From Octopus sinensis (lineage: Eukaryota), in the NCBI RefSeq assembly GCF_006345805.1, contig NC_042998.1, positions 195,362,001-195,426,000 of the forward strand: a stretch of DNA of 64,000 bases, written 5' to 3'. The notes below the pieces were generated by a model that saw nothing but the letters and a program-made list of their open reading frames with translations, was not told where the DNA came from and did not search any database. How positions within the stretch are numbered: the stretch's first letter is position 1; the number at the start of each line of letters is the position of its first letter. Made by a program: the position numbers and the translations under genes. Of this stretch, positions 1 to 14,560 are shown piece after piece.

Positions 1-707
1 TTTCCACCAAACACAAAGGACGGGTTTGTTGCCATGGATATTCATCTTTGGCTGCTTGGGGGATATTTCTGCAAACTCCAGGATCAGTTTTGCACATTAA
101 GCATGCAATCCATTTTTCGTCTCCAGTCAGAAGTCGTTCCAAAAAAGGGCATGCTTTCTTTCCTTTTCAAAAGCATGTCCCAAACGGAATACTGGTCCCA
201 GCAATTCTTATCTAAGAGTTTCAAGCACCCATATATTAAAGCAAAGAGTAAGATAGAAAGAGGAACAGAGAGAAGTGTACATGATATGTGATAGAGGGGA
301 ACATAATATTTCTTACATCGTTAAAAAAGTCAGTTGAAGTTGATGATATAGAGAAGTTAGCAATATAATTTTAGCAGAGTGGTGATGTTCTGATGGTGAG
401 ATTTGAGGCACAAAGAGAGAGAGAGAGATGATGGTTGTGGTGGAGGAAATGGTGATGGACAGTGCATAGTTAAAAGTAATTTGTTTTTAATTGAACAAAG
501 TTTTTTTTATATTACGTATTTGCAGAATCGTATGAATTAACCTGTAAAAAGTCCAAAATCACAATAATTTGACATTTCACACCCCTTTTTTACATGAACA
601 AAATGACAGCTTCCAAATATTGTTTTCTTAATGGGTAAGAATGATCAAACTTTAAACCACAGTGTGACACATTCATATCTGTGTGAATACGCAGGTATAC
701 GTAAGTA

Positions 708-1400
708 GAATACATCCCCACTTTTGGCACTATTTTGTTAGTGACAGTATAAAGTTTATATGTATCACTACGCTGAATGTAGTCCAGTTCGTGTAACATG
801 AAAAGGTAATTAAACACGTAAAAGAATAACAATGGCTTCGTATTGAGTTGTTTATCCCATTAGAACGAAATAAAACATAACATGGTGGCAGCGGTGGGAT
901 AATTAATCGGAAAATGTTTTTTAGGCAATTAAACCAATGGTATATTTTGATTTTAAAAAACGTAAATATTTTCTCTTTTTATTCATGATAAAGTTTTTTC
1001 CAAATAAATGAAAAGACAAGTAACTAATTCTGCTCGATTACAAAGCAGAGGCAGAATAATCTCACGGTTTCTGCTGCAGGATTTCCACCTCGCGCTGACA
1101 ATCCATTAGAGTAAGGGAGACTGCTATATTTGTCTTCACTGCCAAAAGACCCCTTTTTTTTTTCAAAAAAAAAGGGATGTTACACGTTCATATATATGCG
1201 TGGGCGTGTGTGTGCGGAATACGTCCCCGCTTTTGGCACTATTTTATAAGTATTACTACGCTGTGTCTAAAGTTATACCGGTGTCGCTGCGCGGAATGTA
1301 GTCCAGTTCGCGTAACATGAAAAAGTAATTAAACACGTAAAAGAATAACTATGCTTCGTATTGAGTTGTTTATCCCATTAGAAGAAAACAACACATAACA
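708..1400 (+). repeat. Diverged ~180-bp direct repeat pair (708-882 and 1217-1400), present in every unit
   Basis: gaatac.tcccc.cttttggcactatttt ... gaatgtagtccagttcg.gtaacatgaaaa.gtaattaaacacgtaaaagaataac...gcttcgtattgagttgtttatcccattagaa occurs twice. Confidence 0.85.
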
Positions 1401-1689
1401 GTGATGAAGCCGAATATTGAAGAAATCTCTTTCACAAAATCCCAAATCTATTAAAGTAGAGCCGCAATTCTTTAAAGACTGGAGTTAGTTCCCTTGAACT
1501 TTCATCTGCGTTTTGAGAAGTTTGCTGCCTTTTGTTGAGAGAGTTAGATTTTTTGCTCATCGTTGTTTGTGTTGGTTGTTGATTGAACGGTGCCCGTTGT
1601 GTAACGGTGGTTTTCGCCCTGCGGGGCGGAGAATTCTGTGTTTGAAATTGTTGTTGCCTTCGAGGTGGTTTTTGAAACATTTTTGAGAA

Positions 1690-3105
1690 ATGGATTTCGA
1701 CTTGGCGTCGAGGAATGATTTTCCCGCGATGGTGAATTGGGGGACACTGAAGTGGCAAAACGGTCTTTTTCGGCCGCGGTGGGCGGAACCATGATGGACG
1801 TTGAATCCAGGATCGAACAGCTGTTCGAATTTGGGAACTTTGTAAAGGTGGAGGGAGGCGAAATCGAGTTTGTGCCGCCGCAGGCGAAGGTGCAAGAGGC
1901 AGAGGAAGGAACAGTTGTATACAAGGTGTATAGCTGCAAGGAGGGGAAAATTATGGACGTTAGAAGCGAGATGGTCGAGGAGTGCTTGTCCCCGGTGTGG
2001 GACGGGATTCGCCGTGTCGTTCGAGGTGCTCGCAGTGCTGCTGTTGAATCACATTTTGACTCGGCTGAGGTGGCAGGAGAGGTGTCATCTGTGACCCTGA
2101 AAAATGATGATATCATGTTGCTGCCCTCGTGTATGGGGGTGGGGAGCGGCTGAGCTGCTGGTGGAGGACGTACCGGGAGGGTGTGATATAGTGTGGGTGG
2201 CAGCGGCGGTCCTGCGCAATGTTGAGCGGGAGGTTTCGATTCTGCGGATGAGAGGGAGGGAGGAGGTGCGCTGGAGGGGACGGACGCTGGAGCTCCTCGT
2301 TCAGGCGGAGAACAAGATGTTGGAGAGCCTGCCCGATGGGATGTTTGATGAGGATGGAGCGTCCATGGGAGTGTCAGTGGAGGGGCGCAGACCTAGGTGT
2401 TTTGAGTGTGGCGAGAGGGGTCACGTCCGCTCGAGCTGCTTAAAGGAGAGGAAAGACAACGAGGCCCCTCCTCAAGGTGCTTCAAGCACTGAAGGGGAGA
2501 GCAGGACGACGACGGGCAGGGAAGCAGAGGCGGAGGATTGTGTCGAGCGGATGGATTGCACACGGGTGACACACAGAGGAAAGAAGGATAACACCCTGGA
2601 CTCCCCTCCCCAAACAAGGAAAAAATCAGCAAGCACCGCAGACATACACACAAAGCAAATTCCCCAGCCCTACTCCCACGGCACTGTATTCATTGGAAAA
2701 CAGTTCGCCAAGCCCCTCCCCATAAAACAAGATGTGAAAAAGTCTTTAAAAAAAAAATGATAATATCATTGCATTTGATGAAAAAAACGAGAGGGTATAT
2801 AAATACTTTAAATTTTCCAAATTTAAACTATTTAGCAAGGCTACAGACATAAAAGCAACCACTCGCTTCGCAAAAATAAAGGAAGACGAGTGGAAGGAGG
2901 AAATACTACAAGAACATCTAAAGAATAGACTGATAAGAGACGTAACAAAGGAAGTACTGGAGGGTAAACTTGTTATAACCCCGGCAACCACACCTACCCA
3001 GAGCCGGTGGCAACGCCGGTTAAGAGCCCTGCAGCTACGACCACAAGGGAGGAAGAAGGGGAAGCGGGCAGATTTAAACTGTCATGCTCCCTTTCTCAAC
3101 CGTAA
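1690..3105 (+). pseudogene. Tx1 ORF1 (gag-like zinc-knuckle protein), frameshifted; start uncertain
   Basis: CFECGERGHVRSSC CCHC knuckle in ORF 2104..2760. Pieces in different frames end at TAA 3103-3105, just before the ORF2 ATG. Confidence 0.8.
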
Positions 3106-3132
3106 GTTCATTTATTTTTTCTCTCACCGACA

Positions 3133-6100
3133 ATGGCTAAGCTGGGTTGTGTGAATGTACGTGGAATGGGGACGAAATGGAAACAAATTTGTTTCCTGAA
3201 CGACCTCACGACACATGGAGTGGACATAGCTATTGCAACCGAGTCCAAGATGAACGAGGCCCAAGCGTTCTCGCCTCTTCTAAATGGGTTCGAGAAATTT
3301 ATTTCTCCTAGCCGAGGAAGAGGCAGAGGCATGGCAGTCCTTATCAGGAAGAGCTTGGACTTGCAGGTAAGTACTGTCTTTCTGGACCCAGAAGGCAGGC
3401 TGGTTGTTCTGGATGTGACCCACGTAAGTAAACAGTCCTTCAGGTTGGTAGCTGTCTACGCTCCGAATGAGTGTAGACAGACGGGTTTTTTTCGGAACCT
3501 GGAGCCCTTTTTAGCGACGTCGAAAACGGTAATCTTAGTAGGGGACTTTAACACTGTCCTTGAAGCGCGGGTCGACAGTGTTGGCTCAACCAATAGGAAG
3601 GGGAACCCTAGCCTCAAGGGTCTACTAGAGAGCTTTGATCTAGTGGACCGTTACCGACTGGATGAGCCGAGCGTTCCACAGTGGACGTGGAGTAACAACG
3701 ACGGCTCACACAGATCGTATTTAGATAGGATATTTATTAAGAAAAGAGATAAGGATACGTTTAGTTGTCCACAGTTTCACATTGTGCCTTACACGGATCA
3801 CAAATTTGTGACGTGTAGGATGCAGTTAGACAAGTGTCATAGACGGACCCGGGTACTGGAAGCTGAACAAGGCTATTTTGAATTGTGAAGACTTCCGTAC
3901 CCGGATTAAGGTGTTAGTACAGAGGGCATTGTGTGGCACCATCATTAACAATAGATGGTGGCACTCCCTCAAAAGAGCCATTCGTTCAGAGTCCATTAGA
4001 TTTAGCAATCAGCTAAGGTTAGATAGGTCTAGGATAGAGGACGATTTAGTTAAGAATCTAAACGAGGCAATGGAAGCTGGCTCTGCATCCGGAGTGATGG
4101 CGGCAAGGACGGTATTGTACCGTCACCTTAACTCCAAACACGAAGGTTGCAGAGTCAGAGCTAAGCTACGCGCTGGGAAACGAGAAGGTATTAACGTTGC
4201 CGGATGGGCCCGTCGAGTGGAGAGTCAGAGAGGTAACAAAGCCTCAATCAAGTCTTTAACTGACGAACAGGGACAAAAGATCTATGGACAGGAGGAGATG
4301 CAAAAGTTTCTTCACCAGCATTTCACCCGCGTGTTCGGGGGTGGTGTGGCGCCGGAGCGGGGGAGGACCTTAAAGGACTTCCTAGCCGGCGGACCGCGGC
4401 TCTCGGGGCGTGAGGTGGAGTGCTGTGAAGAAGCGATCACTCCCGCGGAGATAGAGGGGATACTGGCCGGATGCGCCGGGGAGAAGTCGCCGGGGTTGGA
4501 TGGTCTGCCCTACGAGTTTTACCAAAGTATGCCGGACTTGTTCGGGGGAATATTGGCAGGCGTCTACACGAACTGGCAGCAGAATGGGAGAATTCCCAGT
4601 TCTGTAAGCCGGGGAGTGGTGACGCTAATCCAGAAAGACCCGAGCAAGGGGGATAACATTAGTAACTACAGGCCCATAACTCTACTTAATGTAGAGTTAA
4701 AGATTTTGGCCAAGGTGTTGGCAAAAAGGTTGACGGTTGTCGTGGAGAAACTTGTAGGGAGAGCACAGACATGTGCAATTCCAGGCAGGTCGATCCAGGA
4801 CAATCTTCACCTTATACGCTACACCTTAGATAGGGTGGGTAAATTAACCGGCAAGGGCGGGGTAATGGTCCATTTAGACCAAAGTAAAGCGTTCGATAGG
4901 GTAGACCATGAGTACCTGGCGACGGTCCTCGAAGCGGCTGGACTGGGCCCTGAATTTCGCGGGTGGATCTCCGCTATGTATAGCGGCATCAAGTCCACCG
5001 TCCAGATAAACGGTTACCTAACGGAACCGTTTTCGATCGAATGTTCAGTTCGTCAAGGGCGCCCCTTGTCACCACTTTTGTACGTGTTGGCTCTTGAGCC
5101 ATTGCTGCGAAAGTTGGAGAGGCTGGGAAGTAACTCGGATGAGATCGGAGGTGGGAGGACGGTTACTGCTTATGCGGATGACGTCACCCTCATCGTGTCC
5201 AATGAGGCCCAGCTACCTTGTGTGGAAGAGGCTATCAGAGGATACGAGGCGGTGGCAGGAGCAAAGGTTAACAAGGACAAGTCGGTTGGCTTGCGCCTCG
5301 GCACCTGGAGGAGCAAGTCGATATCGTCCAGTGTCGTGGGACACTGGACGGATGGCCCTGTTAAGTTGCTAGGAGTTTGGTTTGGGCCAGACTCCCAAAC
5401 GGAGAGGAACTGGAGTGAGGTGACGAGCAAGGTGGAGGCCATAGTACGGACCTGGTCCGGAAGGTTTCTGTCCTTGAAAGGAAGGGTGGAGGTGGTACAG
5501 ATGTTCATTGCATCTGTAATCACTTACCGCCTGACCGTTGTCCCTTGCCCCGATTCATGGCTTAGCAAGTTGGAGCGAATCCTTTTCCGCTTTTTGTGGA
5601 AGGGAGGAAAGCCACTTGTGAGGCGCTCCGTTTGCTGCCAGGAACCGTTAAAGGGTGGGTTAGGAATGCCTTGGTTGATGATGCGCAGACATGCGTTGAG
5701 GCTGAAGCATCTCTGGCACCACCTGGAGGGTGATAAGGTGTGGAGTCCGCTGGCAGGGAAATTTTTCCCGAGACCGGCCTCCTTAGTGAATTTTAAACCC
5801 GGTCGCATCAAAAGATGGAAACTGACTTTATGGCAAAAGGAGTGCCGACAGGCACTCACGCTGATCCACAAGGCGGGCAAGGCCGGCTGCGGAAATACCA
5901 CCTCGGTATTTTATAGAAGGCTGGTAGAGGCAAAGAACGACGACGTCCTAGGAGGGGCTCTGGGGTTTGACGAAGACCAGCTTACCAACCTGTTTAAAAA
6001 GACTTTCAGGACGGGGTATTTGGATAATTTCCAAAGATCCCTGGCCTGGCAGTGCTATAGGAATGCTTTACCTGTTCGCGAGAAGTTATCGCGGCACGGA

Positions 6101-6520
6101 ATTTCAGTGCCACCGACGTGTCCAAGGTGCGAGTTGGACGATGAAACCGTCCAACACGCTTTTGTACACTGTCGGAAGTTGTCCGACTTGATAAGTTACG
6201 CAGAACACGTGTTATCGCATCTGGGACGAGTACAGCTGTCGGCTGAGTCTATGATTAAGAGGATACCGCCAACTGGACTCTCGAAGGAAGGTGAGGCATG
6301 TTTTCACTGCACGGTTGCAGTAGTAAAAGAATGCATGTGGCGAACAAGGATGGAAGGAGTCGCGATAGGATCCTTTGTCTCGGGCCCCGGCTTGCTCACT
6401 TACTTCAGATATCATCTGAAGAGCAAAATGGGGCTGGAAAAGAGGATCTTACCACGGGGTGTGTATGAGAAAAGATGGAAGGAAGTGGGAAAAAAGGTGG
6501 GTGTCAGAAACCCAGCTTAA
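3133..6520 (+). pseudogene. Tx1 ORF2: APE endonuclease, reverse transcriptase and C-terminal zinc finger, with one frameshift near 3844
   Basis: EN motifs NVRG, VYAP, GDFN, YLDRIF and TDH. GPGYWKLN resumes in the shifted frame at 3845. RT motifs KSPGLDG, YRPITLLN, DQSKAFDRVDH, RQGRPLSP and YADD, then CPRC..ETVQHAFVHC. Confidence 0.92.
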
Positions 6521-7009
6521 CTATGGAGGGAGGAGAGGAAACAAAAGCTGCGGGGCCTTATAAATTGCCGGGGTTTAAAACTTCGGTAAGATCGAAAGTT
6601 TATGTAATGTTATAATATTCTATTGGTCATGTAAAGGACAATTTACAGACGAATTTTTATAATGAATAATCCAAATGTTATGGAAAATTTTTAATCGAAC
6701 CTCTTAACTGTTTTTTGCATGTATGTCCTGTATTTGTCCTTCTATGTAACGATTGTATAATCATAATAAAGAAATATGGAGTTAGTTCCCCTTGTTCTCC
6801 CTCATTAAGAGTATTTCTTGTTCTTGTTTCCCACGCACCTTGATTGCTTGATCAGTTCCACTTGACAACTGATATTTAAGAGAAAATCCAATCAAATATA
6901 TACAAGTGATTGGTAATTAACTGTCTAAAGAAACAGATACCCCATTTACGATTATGTGGACCTGAAAAATATTAATTAACGTTTGTTGTAGAAATCTAGA
7001 AATTCTCTT

Positions 7010-7091
7010 GAAGCTGTCGTTGTCCACTCAGACTCCAGTTCTCACGTCTTCCTCCTTCACTCTTTCTCTCCATATCTATTACTATGTAAGT
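7010..7091 (+). promoter_or_regulatory. Candidate non-coding first exon and 5' splice donor of the ZNF gene
   Basis: A pyrimidine-rich stretch ends in ctat|GTAAGT (7086) and is conserved in all units. Candidate acceptors are ctttcAG at 8737 and ttttAG at 9384. Inference only. Confidence 0.4.
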
Positions 7092-7759
7092 ATTTATTTA
7101 AACATTTCTATTATATATGTGTCGTATTATGTACATTTATTTGTTTCGATGTGTTGAGAAAGTTAAAAGGAAAAAAAAAAAAATCTCACTAAGACGAAAT
7201 TATACGAAAGGCTGTAATTTTAATACTTTTATTGTGTTGTCGTTTTCTTTTAGACATTTCATTGCACTTTTGGTTATTTTCTAAATTATTTGTAAAAACG
7301 TCGGATCAATCCCTTGTTTAGATAACATTTATCTTTCTTTCTAACGTGTAAATTCGACAATTTCGTTAAATGCGGTAAAATTACGATGTAATTTGTTAGA
7401 AATGGGGAATGTATAAAAATACGAGTGTGCACTTGAAATACTGAAACGAACAAATATCGCATCGAGAGGAAATGGAAAAGCTTTTATATTTGAAACATAG
7501 GAAGTCTTTATTTCTGTGGTTCTTCTGCATCATTAAAAGTTAGAATTAATATGGTTTTCTAATTTATTTAATTTTTGTGTGTGTGTAGTGCTGCTTTAAG
7601 CACCTAATATATCCCTCGTCACATATTTTTATTTGCGGGAATTTTCAGAAATTTCTGCGTACGAGAATTCGTTTGGTCAGGCAACCAAAAAAAGAAAAAA
7701 ATGAGTGTGATTTATGAGCTATTTAGCTGTTATTTTTCGCACATCTCACGACCAGTATG

Positions 7760-7950
7760 GTAATAATTCTCTGCTTAAGTTCCTCTGGGCTTGCAGGAAG
7801 AGGGGAGACATAGACTAGGCCCTCCCTGAGAAAGAAATGGCAAGGTGTCAGCTCAGTGAACGTGGCGGTCATTTCAACCACATTGCCTTCTTCAGGACGC
7901 GCCAAACTCTTTGGAGGAATCTGGCTTTCATTCTCCACATCAACCAATAA
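7760..7950 (-). mobile_element. Tc1/mariner transposase relic (copies at ~20700-20910 and ~30030-30224)
   Basis: The unit-3 copy translates WLPRSPERTPCHFFL...VY...P...ELKQRI, resembling the WPPRSPDLTPCDFFLWG motif. Confidence 0.6.
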
Positions 7951-8094
7951 TTTTTCCTACATTAAAATTTCCCACAAAGATTTTGATGCTGTTAGTGAGA
8001 CATCAATATTATTTACTGACATTTATTCATCTTTTATGCTCAGCAAAATATTAACGTTGAGCTAACCTTATATATATATATATATGTATTTGTA

Positions 8095-8405
8095 TATGGC
8101 TCCCATGCAGGTAGCATGTAAAAAGTACCATTTGAGCATGATTGATGCTAGTGCCGCCGCCTGACTTGCACCCGTGCCGGTGGCACGTTAAAAGGCACCA
8201 TTCAAGCATAGTCGATACCAATGCTACCTGACTGGCTCCGTGGCACATATAAAAGGCAACCGCTACACACTCAAACAGCATCCAGCTGTAGAAATCTTGC
8301 CTGATAAGATTGAAACCTTGTTCAACCTCATGGCTTGCCAGTCCTCAGTCAAACCTCACAACCCATGCCAGCGTGGAAAGCAGATGTTAAACGATGATGA
8401 TGAAG
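8095..8405 (+). mobile_element. SINE-like fragment with internal ~70-bp repeats and a (GAT)n tail (one per unit)
   Basis: Repeated ggc.cc.gtg..ggtggcacg..aaaa.gcacc modules ending in gttaaacgatgatgatga. Confidence 0.5.
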
Positions 8406-8954
8406 GTAGGGAAAGAGCAATATCTATTTTAGCAAACAAAGATACAAGACTGCAATGAAAACATCAGAAATCTAGTGTCATTTATATGTATATTGGTGTG
8501 TGTGTATGTGGAAGTGTGTCTATGACAGACTTTATATTCCAGGAGTTTGGTATTATAATAGATGTGTCTCCTCTATGATATAAACATTTTGGTAATGCAG
8601 AAATTGGATAAATTTAATAGTACAGATAAAGAATTACATCTAAAATTTTTGGAACAAGAAATGTCGTAAATTTGCACTTTTGAATATCTGCCTTTTAAAC
8701 ATACTTGATATCTTATATTACCTTCGTATTCTTTCAGAAAATCACATGAAATTGGCTAAAAAGTAATTTTTACTTTTAAAGAATCATCATTGTGTTTCAT
8801 GTTTAAAAGACACTGCAAAGATATTCGACAAACGTATAATCCTGCTTCTATAAAACGTTGCTGAGTTACAGTAAAATATTTCTTCTGAAGAGAAAGCATT
8901 TCTTTACTTCTGTGTCTGAAATGTGCAAGATAATTTTCTCTTTTAACTTTAAAA

Positions 8955-9171
8955 CCCTTAGTGTTTAAACTGGCCAAATCCGGCCCAATATATTCCACAT
9001 GTTTTATATTCAAACTGGCGATATCTAGCCTCTCACACCTAACTTACAATGCCATTCTAAAAGTAAGTAATCACATCATTGAAACCTCAAAGCTGTAAGA
9101 TGATCTAGGATTAATTCAAAACAATTTGAGTGAAAAAGTACATTTAACAGAATAATCTGAACACTAAAGGG
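8955..9171. mobile_element. piggyBac-type TTAA MITE, unit 1 copy
   Basis: Same element as 21888-22108, with a slightly rearranged left end. Confidence 0.75.
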
Positions 9172-9391
9172 TTAAATATACATTGATAGATTTCCAAAGA
9201 GTATTTGCGGCATTTTTAAATATTGGCATTGATCACATTTAGAAGAAATATAAGAGAAGTGATATTTGTTTGGAATAAACTATAAAAACAAAAAGAAGAA
9301 AAATATCCATATATTTTGGTGAGAGAAGAAATGTTTTTGAAAAGTTGTTGATCTGTACAACTTAAAGGTTCAGTTTTATTTTAGTGAAGAG

Positions 9392-10922
<1,531 letters not shown>

Positions 10923-10939
10923 AAACCATATACCTGTGA

Positions 10940-11263
<324 letters not shown>

Positions 11264-12941
11264 TAACCTTGTAATATCTGTGGTAAATCTTTCTCTCAGA
11301 ACAGTGACTTACCTCAACACAAACATATTCATACAGGGTAGAAACCATACCCCTGTGATAGCTGTGCTAAGACATTCTCTGGAAACAGTCACTTTACTAT
11401 ACACAAATGCATTCACACTCAAGAGAAATCAATTCACAGTGATATCTGTGGCAAATCATTTACACAAAATCTTTTGTGATTTAAACAAGTCTTTCCTTGT
11501 GAAGTGCATCCCTAACACAGTGATATTTGTTGTATAACATTTCCTCAGAAGGACAAAGGACGTATCTCATAAAGACATCCACAGAATATAGAAACTATAT
11601 GAATGTGACATCTATGGTAGATCTTTGACATGAAATCATCCATTATTGAATCAAAAGAGCATTGACTGAGGAAGGAAAACACATCACTGTGATGTTAACC
11701 CTGAATCATTCTTTCAAATTGGTGAATTGTTTGTACACAGTCCTATCAATATGAAAGATATAACTGTAACCTAAGCTATTTCTGATAGCTCAATCTATGA
11801 AAATGATCAATTATTGAAATGTAAATGCATTCATACAGAAGACGAACCCCGATGATGATGATCCTCATCATTTAACATTCTCCTATTCATGCTTCTGTGG
11901 ATCAGATGGAATTCATTGATGGAGATTTTCTACATCTGGGTACCTTTCTTGTGACCAATGCTCACCTGTTTCCAAGCAAGGAATATTTTTCCTGGTGAGA
12001 CATATTTTACGCAAAGGACTGGAAATGAACAACTGCACAAGCATGACGGTCATGATGGCCCTTTACGAACATCACATAATATCTGGACAAGGGAACACAC
12101 ACACACACACACATATGTATGTCTGAAGAATTTCTTATAGGAAATATCTTTCATGTTTTCCCTACGTAAAAGTTTATAATTCCTATTAGGAAATGAAACA
12201 CATGTAATGCTGAATAAATAATATCAAACTTTTCTCCGGTCTCCTTATGTGATTTGTAATTACCTTGCAAAAAATATTATCCAAACCACCCACAAAAATA
12301 TTGTAGGTGTATATATGTAATCAGAAGCTTGTTTGTTCAACTGGTGTATTTATGTTAGTTAGAGTAGTGGGGTGAGAGGGTGGGAAAAGTAAAGGAAGGT
12401 GGTCTTATAATAATTCTGCTTGTCATTACGATACTTAGGTCGACAGTAACACTTTCATGTGATTGGAGAGAAAGGATAAGGCCATGAGTGAGACGGGAAG
12501 AGTGAGAAGTGTGTATGACGTGATAGGGGGACATATTTAGTTAAGGTTGTGATATAGAGGAGAGTAAGGAATATAATTTTAGAAGGTGGGTAATGTCCTG
12601 ATGGAGAGGTTAAAGAAAGGTAGAGAGAGACAGATGATGGTGAATACAAAGTGAAAAGTAATTTTTTTTTTACTTGAACTAAGTTTTTTTTACAAATCTT
12701 ACAAATTGAAATGTGTATTGACTCTCTGACCCATCACTTTGGCTTACAAGTTACCACTGATGTGGTTTTCAGAGTAAGCCATGTTACATTAAATTCTGAC
12801 CTCTATATTTTACATATAAGGTAATTTTTTTAGTATACACTTCTCGTGTTTCAGATAAGAAATTGTGCCCATGTAAATTTTAAAATGTAATCTTTTTCTG
12901 TTTATGAGAAAACTGGAAAAATATGAGCAAATATTTATTTT

Positions 12942-14040
12942 ATAATAATAATAATAATAATGAAATTATTGCATACAGTGCTCAGGTGCACCAGAACTTG
13001 TCAGAAAGTGCATATAAAGTACATGCAGTAATGTAGAAATGTCTGGAAAGCGACCAATGTATGTGTCAGATACATGCTTGTGTGTGTATGGAGGGGAGAA
13101 AATCAAGTGTAGCGTTGGCGAATCTCAGGAAGCATGGAATTTTTAAAGGATGCAGTGCTCCGACAACTAACAACTGATGCCGGCAGTTTGTTCCATGCTT
13201 CAGCAACTCTCAGCATGAAAAAATGTTTCCTGAAGTCATGGGAACTGTGCTGTTTTCTTACTTTGTAAATATGTCCACGGGTGTTAGATGGGTGGAGTTT
13301 GAAAAGGTGCTCAGAGTTATTGTTTGTACGATGGTTGATAATTTTATGGGTGTCTGCCACTTCAACTGCCAGACGTCGGAGTTTCAATGTGTCCATGCCC
13401 AGGGAAGTAAGGCGTTCAGGATATGGCAAATGCCTGATGGAGGGTATTCTTTTGGTTGCACGTCGCTGAACAGCTTCCAGACGATTGATATCCTGGGCAA
13501 GATAGGGGTTCCAGACCAGTGATGCAAATTCCAGGTGAGGTCTTACCATAGCTATATAAAGCCGCAGATGTATAGCCGGAGTGCGGCTCACAAAGGATTT
13601 GGTGAGTGATGCCAAGACACCCTCAGCCTACTTGACAATTTTAGCGATGTGTTTTGTCCAACGCAAATCACTGTCGACAATAACACCCAGGTCACGTTCA
13701 CCTGAAGACTTTTTGAGACTAGTGTTGTGGAGGGAGTAGGTGGACGCTGGGTTTCTCCTCCCAAAATGCATGGTGGTACATTTGTCCACAGCCAGCTTGA
13801 GTTGCCAATCTATGATCCACTGCTGCATTGTGTCCAGGTCTGCTTGCAATAGATTTGACCTCTTTATTTCGAGGTACAGCTTGATGTCATCTGCATATTT
13901 CAGCACTGTGGCATTCTTTAAGTTGGCATCTATATCATTAACATATGCAACAAATAAAAGGGGGCCAAGAACAGATCCCTGTGGTACACCAGATGTCATC
14001 TCATAGGGCGAAGAGTGCTGTCCTAGAACTGTGACAACCT
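12942..14040 (-). mobile_element. 5'-truncated CR1-like LINE (RT C-terminal half)
   Basis: SGVPQGSVLGPLLF, KYADDIKLY, ERDLGV, RPHLEFAS..WNP and TRGH motifs, with a (TAT)n tail near 12942-12961. Confidence 0.88.
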
Positions 14041-14399
14041 CATAAAATTGTGCATAAAGTGTATTAAGTAATTACCGTATTCCAATTTCCTTCAGTTTTC
14101 AGTGAGTAGCAGATGAGCGACTATCTTTTGATGCAGACACAATACAGGCTCCACTTTAGAGTGTTTTGGTTTCAGGAATAACCCAATCCATTGCCTCACT
14201 GGACACCGAGGCCATGACTAGTGACCGGGAGCTTTTGTTTTTGGATAATGGATAAACAGCTAAAAGATTATATAAATATATATTTATAAAATTAAAGACT
14301 TAAATCTGTAAGAGATGCAAAGCAAAAAGAGAAGAATTCAATTAAGAATGCATCGGGTGAAAGAATATTGGTTTAAAAAACATACGACATAAAAATGAA

Positions 14400-14560
14400 G
14401 ACTATAAGGAATATGAGGGAGATAGGGTGAATCCTTTCTATTTGACAATGATCGGGCATTGTCTTGTTGGAAGACTAATGCTTTTCTGTTGGTAATCTCC
14501 AGCCGCAGTTCTTTGATATATTTTGGTTCAAATTAGCCAGTTGACGACAGAACACAACAG
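14400..14560 (-). mobile_element. mariner-like transposase relic (copy at ~27370-27530)
   Basis: The reverse strand encodes an LVFQQDNARS-like second-Asp motif. Confidence 0.45.

Larger units (their letters stand above)
1494..6776 (+). mobile_element. Tx1/L1-clade non-LTR retrotransposon, apparently full length, copy 1
   Basis: ORF1 with a CCHC knuckle, ORF2 with EN-RT-zf, AATAAA near the 3' end, and a 14-bp TSD tggagttagttccc at 1480-1493 and 6777-6790. Confidence 0.93.

Noticed and set aside
34-291. 85-106 aa ORF repeated in all three units
   Set aside because: Conservation is explained by recent duplication. There is no recognisable domain and it abuts a mariner relic.
1432-6415. Antisense and alternate-frame ORFs over Tx1 (likewise over the ZNF and CR1 sequences)
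   Set aside because: Shadows of the real coding frames, with no independent motifs.
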